Shown in pieces: positions 36,215 through 44,899 of a DNA stretch of 44,899 nucleotides. The notes beneath the pieces are model-generated. The model did not search any database. It saw only the letters and a program-made list of their open reading frames with translations, and was not told the origin of the DNA. The position numbers were made by a program, and so were the translations under genes. The DNA is from Chlorokybus atmophyticus (Eukaryota > Plantae > Mesostigma and Chlorokybus algae), in NCBI GenBank assembly GCA_009103225.1, contig RHPI01001709.1, positions 6,488 through 51,386 of the forward strand. The letters are read 5' to 3'. Every line of letters begins with the position of its first letter. Position 1 is the first letter of the stretch.

Positions 36215-39200
36215 ATGAGTCGTCTGAAGCAGCCTGGCTCTTACAGCCGACAGGTCAGCGCTAGCCCCGCCCCTGGTGGTGGCCTGCTAGCGCCTTCCTC
36301 CAATGGGCCCTCCACTCCTGCCAGGCCAGCCAGCGCTAGCGCTGCTGGCCTGGATGGGACGCCTCAGGCTGAAGTAGACCAGGCCAGATTCTCTCCTGAA
36401 ACCGCGCGCACCGCTATAAGCCAGGTAGCTTCATTATGTGCACAACAACTACCACTACTGTTTTCCACCTTCCCAGCTTAGCCTCCCCTGCTGTCACTCA
36501 GAACTAAGCACTTACTTTTTTTTAGTTTAAGTTAAGGTTAGGGTGTTCCTTACATCTCCGCAGCTGGTTGTGAGCTTCTGTTAGAAGTGCGTGCAACAAT
36601 TCAGCTGAGATTCGTACAGTATGCTGCGCATTGATAAGATGCGGTGGTTGGTTATTATAACTTCTCACTCGACTCTGGAACTTGTTGGGAATGGTGACTC
36701 ATACTGACTTGGCTGCGCTTGCCAAGTCTGTACGCGCGCGTGTGCTTTCATTAAGAGTGTGCATTAACATTTGTTGGGTGCACCACAACCGCGTACCAGG
36801 AGAGTTGTGTGCTTGCGTGCTGCGTCTAAGCTGTTTCCTGAATTGTTCAACTGCACAGCTTGTTGTAGATATAGTTGGTTTCAATTGCTCTTTTCTCGCT
36901 TGAACAGCGTCGTATCTCTTGGTTACAAGCAAGTAGAGTTTTTTCAGTCTGATTTTTATCCAACAGTACACTTTGACTCGGCATGCTTATACTTGTCCAC
37001 ATGAAAGTCGGTTGTTATGCAACCAGTTTATGCCTTATCTGATTGGTCATGCAACATTCAAAGGTTGACAAGGCGGATATCATGCGAAGGCTTGCCGGCA
37101 CACCCGGCCCCACCGCTTCCCTTGACACTCCACAACAATTGAATGCTACTGGCAAACCCGGCGAGAACATTTTTGTGTCTGTCCGTTTCCGACCCCTCAG
37201 GTGCGCAAAGTTTGCAAGTTTGTACACTCTTACTTGGCAGTGCTTGGGATCAAGCAAGCGAGAGAGTATGCAGCAATTGTAGTTTTGTTATGTTGTTGCA
37301 GTGATCGTGAGCGGATGAGAGGCGAGTATGAGGTATGGCGGCCTGAGGGGGAAAACGGGGTGACAAGCATAGATGGAGGCGGCAGCTATGCCTATGGTAT
37401 GATGGTGGTCGTTGTCGTTGTCGTCGTCGGTGGTGGTGGTGGTGGTGGTGGTAGTGGCTGCTGTTGTTGTTGTTGTTGTTGTCATTATCATGGTCGTCGT
37501 TGTCGTTGTGTGCTGACGAGTGACTGTTGACTTGCAACAGACCGAGTGTTCCATGCCGAAACCAGCACGGATCGTGTATATGATGTTGCTGCGCTGGATG
37601 TGATTTGGGGTGCAATGGACGGCCTCAATGGTAATGGTTAAGTGCATGTTGATACGCATGGCATCATCTGTTGTTGACTTGCAAGTCGTTGGTGCTGCAG
37701 GTACAATTTTTGCGTACGGTGTCACCAGCAGCGGCAAGACGCACACCATGCATGTATGCCTTCGTGCATAAATACTATCTCATGTGCATGCGTCAAGCAG
37801 CGCAAGTTTGTTATTTACTCAGTCTTATTTGTCATTGAAGGGTTCGAGAGACAAGCCTGGCATGATCCCACTGGCAGTGAACGACGTGTTCTCCATCATC
37901 CAGGAGGTTTGTTGATTTTCAACATTAATAGCAATGCAGGCTTAGTAGCACCGTTGTACTTCAGCAGTGTTCATCAGCTTTTGTGTTGTGCAGACACCGT
38001 CGCGGGAGTTCCTGCTTCGAGTATCTTACCTGGAGATATATAACGAGGTATATAAGTGTACAAGTGTCCTTCACACAAGGTGTATACATAGAGACTTATT
38101 GCCCGTGAAGAGTGTGCACATCAAGATCATCACTGCTGTCTGCAGGTTATCAATGACTTGTTGGACCCTGCAAACACACAACTTAGAATACGAGAAGACA
38201 AGCTGGTGAGTGCGCTCACAGAGGCATCACCTTTTATGTGGCTGCTCAAGTGGCAGCAACAATTACGTGCGCGGTGTGGTAACATCTGGTGACATCTGGC
38301 TTGCAGGCAGGTATATTCGTAGAGGGCGTCAAGGAAGAGGTGGTGCTGAATGCAGAGCATGTGCTGTCGCTCATAGCTGCTGGAGAAGGTATGTTCTTGA
38401 TGCAGGCGGCTTATTCAAGGTATGTTTATACGGTACATCCTCAGCGCTTACAAGGTTGCTTGCTGGCGCTTTGCAGCTCACCGTCATGTTGGCGCAACAA
38501 ACCTGAACCAACTTAGCAGTAGAAGCCACACAATTTTCCGCCTGGTAAGTCTCCCGCATTCTTGTCCTGTAGACGGTCCTAGTCGACACTGACATGTCAT
38601 TGTCGAATCACCGGCCTCATACAGACTATTGAAAGCACTGAGCGCGCAGCAGATGGGGGCAGCAAAGTCCGAGCCGCCCAACTGGTAAACAGGCTTCACT
38701 GCGTGTGTGCGTGCGAGTGCATGCGCATGCGCAATGCATTGTGCATCCCAGTAGGCTTGCTATCGTTTACATTCTTGTTGTTGCTTACAGAACCTCATCG
38801 ACCTTGCTGGGTCAGAGAGCAGTAAAGCCGAGACCACAGGGTTACGGCGCAGAGAGGGCGGCTACATCAATAAAAGCTTGCTCACTCTTGGAACAGTGAG
38901 TGGCTTTGCCAATCGCTCGTGGTTGCAGACATGCCTTACGGACAATGCTGAGAGACGTTTCTTCCTTGCCTTAACGACGTGTTGGTGCTTCAGGTGATAT
39001 CCAAGTTATCAGAAGGATCAGCCAGTCACATCCCATACCGAGACTCGAAGCTCACGCGTTTGCTGCAGAGTTCGCTCACTGGCAATGCGCGAATCTCGGT
39101 CAGTACGTCACGCAGGAAGAACAGCGTTCATTCCATAGAACATCACATCTCAGCATTGTTGACATGTGCATTGTATCATTTCTGCAGATGGTCTGTACAG

Positions 39201-42145
39201 TTACCCCGTCATCTGGAGCCTCCGAAGAAACGCACAACACGCTCAAGTTTGCTTCAAGGGCGAAACGTGTCGAGCTCCATGCCTTGCGCAATGAGGTGTG
39301 TCCCATTGGTGTCATTGTTCTGCTTTGGCCAGCAGCACCGCACATACGCTTGAAAGGTTATGTGCAAATCGCTGGTGGCTGATTTGGGAGTTGTGGTTTT
39401 CAGATATTGGACGACAAGTCTCTTATAAAGAAATACCAGCGTGAGATTCAGGAGCTCAGGCAGCAGCTGGATGACCTCGCCAAGACGCAGGGCGTCAGCG
39501 ATGATGCCAACAAGTTCAAGATTATGGTCAGTTGTGAGAGCTGTATGTGTGTGCGCGCATGCACGCACACGCGCACGCCCATCTCGTTCATTTGGTTATT
39601 ATATGCTCTGAGGCGTCTTCCTGTGCAGTATGAGGAGGGCCAGATGGCATGGCAGAGCCGCCTTGAGGAGGAGGAGGCGGAGAAGCTTGCGCTTCAGTCC
39701 AAGATCCATCGTCTCACGAAGCTCATTCTGGTTTCGACACGCTCCGAATACGGGCCCAAGGTGCACACCCACTGCAGACCGTTGTACTGGTGCCACATCA
39801 GCACACCCAATGCACGCTTGGATGTGGGGCATTGAGACTTGTGAAGGGTTTGCAGAAGCAAGCAGTTGTTGAAGAACGTCCAAAACTGCAGCGGTCGCGC
39901 TCATTTGAAGCACAGTTTGAGGTTTGAATTAATGACTGAGCAGGTTGCAGCTTTCATGGTAACATGTTTGATGAATGCAACCTCAGGTCGCTTTGTCACA
40001 ATGCTGCAGAAGTTGTACGGCGTAGACAAGGACCGCATACGCTCGAGCAATCAAGCGAGCAACCGCGGAGACGAGGAGAGCTCGCCTGCAAGCAAAGAGA
40101 AAAAAGGCTTCATCAGAAGCGTCAGAGGCTTGTTCAAGGTAGGTCGTGCGCAATGCTTGGGTCTGCTTGATACTGTGAGTTGTGCTCATCGCTAATACTG
40201 TTTGCCAGCCACATATGCATGTGTCATAAGTATGTGATTGTTATTCATGTGTTACAACTCGGGTATTGATTGTCATTGTGTCGTGTTGCCATCTATCAGA
40301 GTTCAAAACGCCACAACACGGCATTGACAGACAGATCAGAGCACGCGCCAGACTCCAAAGCGCCATCACCGGGTTCCTGTAAGTCCAGCTGGCCGCATGA
40401 CGCTCTATGTGTATGTAGATTGTAAGTGTCACACAGAAACACCCTGCTGTGACTCCGCAGCTCCCGGGTCAATGCAAAGGCAGGATTCATGGCACCAACA
40501 TCTAGACACAAGTGCAGGGGAGTTGTTCACGTATGCAAACGGCAAAGCTGCGCCGGACTCGCCTGTACGTACCTCTATAAATATGGCGCGATGCTGATGC
40601 GCAAATCTTGGAAGGACGTTGGACTAACCGAAACAATGATGCAGATGGGTGGGCGGCAAGAGCAGATTGAGATGCTGCAAGAACAGCTGAGGCTGCTGGT
40701 GCAAGAGATTCAAGAGCGCGACCAAACTCTGGACAGCTTACGGCATGACAGGTACGACTTGGGAGCAGGTGGCGTGTTTGGCAGTGAGGCACTATGTTGA
40801 CACATCAAACTTTTGTTACTTGCATGGGCAGTGAGAGCTCGCAGCACGATCAGCAGAAAGAGAACATCCTGGCCAAAAACCTGCAGCTGGCCATACTTGA
40901 GCAGCGCATTGAAGCGGCAAAGGACCTTGTGCATCCAGCTCAGTACGGGCAGGTCATCGACCGCCTTCGGCACAATCTGGGCGAGAAGAACTTTGAGATG
41001 CAGGTGCGTCAGTTCTTGCAGTCATAAGGGTTGCAAGTGTAGTTGACGGTAAATTGGTACCCGGGGCTGCTCATGATTGTGCTTTTGCTTTTGCCAAACT
41101 TGGACACGCGTGATTCAGGTGATGGCCGCTGACAACAACTTCATGAAGGAGAGGTTAGAGGAAATGGTAAGATCAGTCGCTCATTGTGGTTGTTGTTGTT
41201 GGTGTTGTTGATGTCGTGGGCAACGCTTGCCATGGGTCACATGTTACTGATGTACGTCCTCCTCAGACTGCTGAAGTTGATGCCCTGCGCAACGAGAACA
41301 GCCGACTAGCAGCTGAATTGAACCGACGAGGCATATCAAGGTAAGCGTTTCGGATCTCCATAATTGTGTTCTCCCTAGCCTTGCAATATGGCCATAAGCA
41401 CCACGCGTAATGGAACTCAAGCGCATGTCGTATGTCATTGGACAGACAGTCGTTCTTTCCTTACAATGCTACACCTCTTATGCGCACGACTTGTGACAGG
41501 CCGGCAGAAGCACCTTCGGCGGGACCTGCACCGGCCCTCGTCGGGACGGATGCCAATGGACTTGAGAGTCTCAGTGTTGAGGAGCTGCGCAGCCGCCTGC
41601 GGCAAGCAAATGAGAAATTGGCAGCGGCCGCGCAGCTCATGGGCCATCTCGAGGTGACACATTGGTGAATGCGTTGCTTCCTTTATTGGAGATGTGCACA
41701 GTATGGCTTTGCACATGGTTGTGGTGTCATAACAAGGCACGCTGTTTCAGGGCTCGGACCTCGGGGCGATGCGCCTGCCGCAGTTAGAGGAGATTGAGGC
41801 GATGCACGTGCATGCCTTGCATCGCTTATCGCTGGCCAAGGCCAAGGAGAAGGAGCGCCTCGCTCAGCTGCAGCAGAACGGGCGCCATGCTCCTGACGAC
41901 CAGATGTGCAAGGCAAGTTGACACGCCGCCGGTGTTAGCCATATGATTGCGTGAAGTTGTCATTGCTGGCTGTGTTTTTAACACACACTTGTTGGCAACT
42001 GCAGGTGTGTTTTGCAGCACCCACGGCGGCAGTGCTGCTTCCTTGCAGGCACTTCTGCCTGTGTAAGAAGTGTGCATATGCTTGCAAAGAGTGTCCATTG
42101 TGTAGACGAACAATAAGTGAGCGCCTGATCACGTATAATGCTTGA
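36215..42145 (+). CDS. KIN7: Kinesin-7 (CENP-E-like) motor with coiled coils and C-terminal RING finger, multi-exon
   Basis: VSVRFRPL, P-loop [52 protein letters not shown] and [21 protein letters not shown]...[11 protein letters not shown]...CPLC. Confidence 0.92.
37405..37510. repeat. Compound (GTY)n/(GGT)n/(TGT)n microsatellite inside a KIN7 intron
   Basis: Visible directly in the sequence. Confidence 0.85.
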
Positions 42146-44899
42146 CGCACTACTCGTACTATCACATCGTTAGACTATGTGTACAAATATTAATGTCGCT
42201 ACTGTGCCAGAGCGGACATGCTAATACACACTCCTAGAATTGATGCATGTAGTTGTGCTCACACAATCGCCATTCTTGGCATGTTCACGATATCATGTAC
42301 ACTATCTGTACATACACATGAGTGTACTTTGCGCGACTTTGTTGTAAGTTATAGTCAGCTCAGGTAGCAGAACTCGTCAAACGATTTCAACTTGGTCGAT
42401 TTGCATGCATGGAGATTACTTATGTCGGGGTTTACTCCCCCTCCCCCCCCCCTGTCGTGCCTATGTTCCTTGAACTTCAAACTCATTTGAGCCGCGTTTT
42501 TCATGCATGCGAATCGTATGGTAGTGCATGCAACCCAACCAACTCAACATCATGGTGCACAACATTGGCATGTCAATAATGGTGGCAAGCACGCCGGGAA
42601 GGTACACAGGAGTTATACATTTGGGCCAGGCCCAGTGGGGCCCATGCGTTATCCGCTTCTGTTGTGGCTTCGAGTTATGATAGAAGTAGCTTATGGCAAG
42701 TGAGCTCTTTAAGCTGTATGCATGCGCGTAGGGTAAGTAGACGGGCCGAGATTAAAGCAAATACAACATGCACACAATGTACAAGGTGTTGTTGATGCAA
42801 TGTGGTTGAGTGTTGTTGCAATGCAGGGAGCACACTTGCATAGTGGAACATAAAACAATCAAGTTCCGTGCAGTTGTAATGGTAGAGTAGATTTTGAAGT
42901 AGGTGGTGAACATAGATCAGCCCAGTGGTTGTGTTTAAGGTGCGTATGTGTGTGTCTTGTTGCATATGGCGCTGGCTAGTGGCATGCAGCTGCTGGCAGC
43001 ACTATGTTGTGCATGCTGTGGTATGTGTTGCACGCAGTGGATTCCCTCGCCGTTCTTTTGTACACCAGCATCAGTTGCGACTGTGCTTGATTATTTGCTT
43101 GATAACTTGCTTGTGGTACTGCAGGTGACAGACTCCACAAACAGGCCATATGTATTCCCATAATTGGTAACGCGCGGGTATACATTGCCTGTATTTAAGA
43201 TCCAAGGAGCTGACATGTGTGAGGGCTCCAAAGGCACAGGGCCAGACAGACCTGCCTACTTGACTCAGTGTTGGACACTAAGTGGTGCACTTCGGTCCTG
43301 AGGTATATGTTGATGTCTTGATTCTAAACATGCAAGAGTTTGCGGACATCATATACACGGGTGCCACAGTGTGAGGGGGTGGTTTTATACCCCTCTGAAA
43401 GGTTAGCGTATGCTGTGGATATGCTATCAACAGCATACGCTAACTGTTACAAAACCTTACGGTGGGCACTACCATACACTTCTTGGACAGAAGCCGGTAT
43501 CCAACGTGGACATAGCCCAATGCTTATGTCGACTTACGATACACGGTGTGTGCCGTAAGTTGTGTAAGTTGAACAACAGGCAATTAATTGGCATTCTAGG
43601 GAGGCGGGCAACAACCCAGCACCAACATTGCCAAGCAAGCTTGCAATTGACCAAACGGGGGTAGTGGTATCTCAATGCATCCATTTTGCATATCATAGTA
43701 CAATACGTGAGTTGAATGAATCAACATACATTGCACACTGTGTGCCATTTTACACGATATGCATATCCACATGTTTACACATTCCAATCTGCTGCAGTAC
43801 ATCATACGGAGGCCAGTCTTGACTTCTGATTATCCGTAGCTGGATTGAACCAGCTCAACCTCAATGTAGGAACGCTAGTACGGCTTGTCCCGCTCCATGT
43901 TGTCGACTTGATGTGACTGCCGTATTTACCCTGCTGGAGTCCCCCCCTTCTCATACAGTCCCCCTCGATTTTGCCGGGGGATGTGGATGTGGATGTGGGT
44001 ACCGAGGTGGTGCCCGGCTCCGAACGAGTAATTGGGCTGCGTGGCCCAATTATACAATAACGACGAAAGACCGCGCGCAGAGCGCGAAGGCCATCCGATA
44101 AAGGACGGCATCAAGGTGCTACACCGACGGTCGCTAGGCGACGATGTAGTTAAAATATTGTTGGTTCAGATTACCATGTTAACGGCATAATTAAGCAGGT
44201 AGCCATGGGTCTTACCACAGGAAATGACTGTGTTGAACTGTGGAAGATGCCCTAGTGTGGTATCGCGAGCATATAGTAGTTGCATTATTAACCAGCTAAT
44301 GGTTGATAAGTTCATTTGTCACTGCATGCTAGGTGGATAAGAGTAGTGACAAGGGTATATATGCGGCTCAGTTAAAAGCGGCCCGGGAGCCCGCCTACAA
44401 GTATACTGAATACAAGAATAATCTCAGAATTGTATATTGTAGACAAAATAATGCATGGCGTGCTTAAACTCAATACATATGTTGCTCATCGCCTCCCCGG
44501 CCGGGCGTGAGCAGTGCTTGTGCTAACGTGCACAGGTAGTAAGTCGCGGGAGTGACTGCGCCACTATCGGTCACCCACCGCTTTCTCACAGAGACTCTAT
44601 TCGAGGGAGGACTCTACTGGTACCGGGGGACTGTATTGTATAGCAATAGCCGCCGACTTGATGCAATCACATCAATGAATTGCGCTATATATATTGACGT
44701 AACCCGTTACTACCAAACGAACATTCGACCCTGTAAACGACCACGACCGTATAGACTCGCCGTAATCCGTCGAGAGGGCTCCATCCAACGCGTCAAGTCC
44801 GACGGCAGTACTTGCTAACCATTCGATGGTGTGTGTGATCAACGACGTAGGGGCACTGTACCGCCGGCCCAAGACCAAATGGTTTTAAGACCTTAAATT

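Noticed and set aside
36518-36545. Telomere-like words (tttagtttaagttaaggttagggt) in KIN7 intron 1
   Set aside because: Only one good unit, which is expected by chance.
42200-44899. Short ORFs, a 9-bp-stem hairpin near 44030-44053 and a PBS-like tggtatcgcgagc near 44257
   Set aside because: No coherent gene model, LTR or retroelement domain supports them.

Overview
Eukaryotic nuclear DNA with short spliceosomal introns. The host is probably a green alga, most likely a streptophyte/charophyte; this is inferred from a RING-tailed kinesin-7, a plastid-type DUF1499 gene and a DNMT-carrying Ty3 family. About 1-27.3 kb is a decayed, nested transposon island. It holds two copies of a Ty3/Gypsy LTR retrotransposon with a C5-cytosine DNA methyltransferase domain embedded in pol between protease and RT. 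One copy also ends in a PHD finger after the integrase. The 3' LTR of each copy (about 233 bp) abuts the pol of an oppositely oriented ordinary Ty3 element. The island also has two chromodomain-bearing Ty3 3' fragments, a non-autonomous CACTA-like element (TIRs plus a 3-bp TSD) containing a tRNA-like Pol III unit, a spliced SET-domain gene fragment, a coiled-coil pseudogene and hairpin-rich motif arrays. About 28.4-42.1 kb holds four ordinary intron-containing genes in two head-to-head pairs: QTRT2-like/ATAD3 and DUF1499/KIN7-RING. I could not assign anything to 42.2-44.9 kb. All calls were made by eye from motifs; no searches were run.
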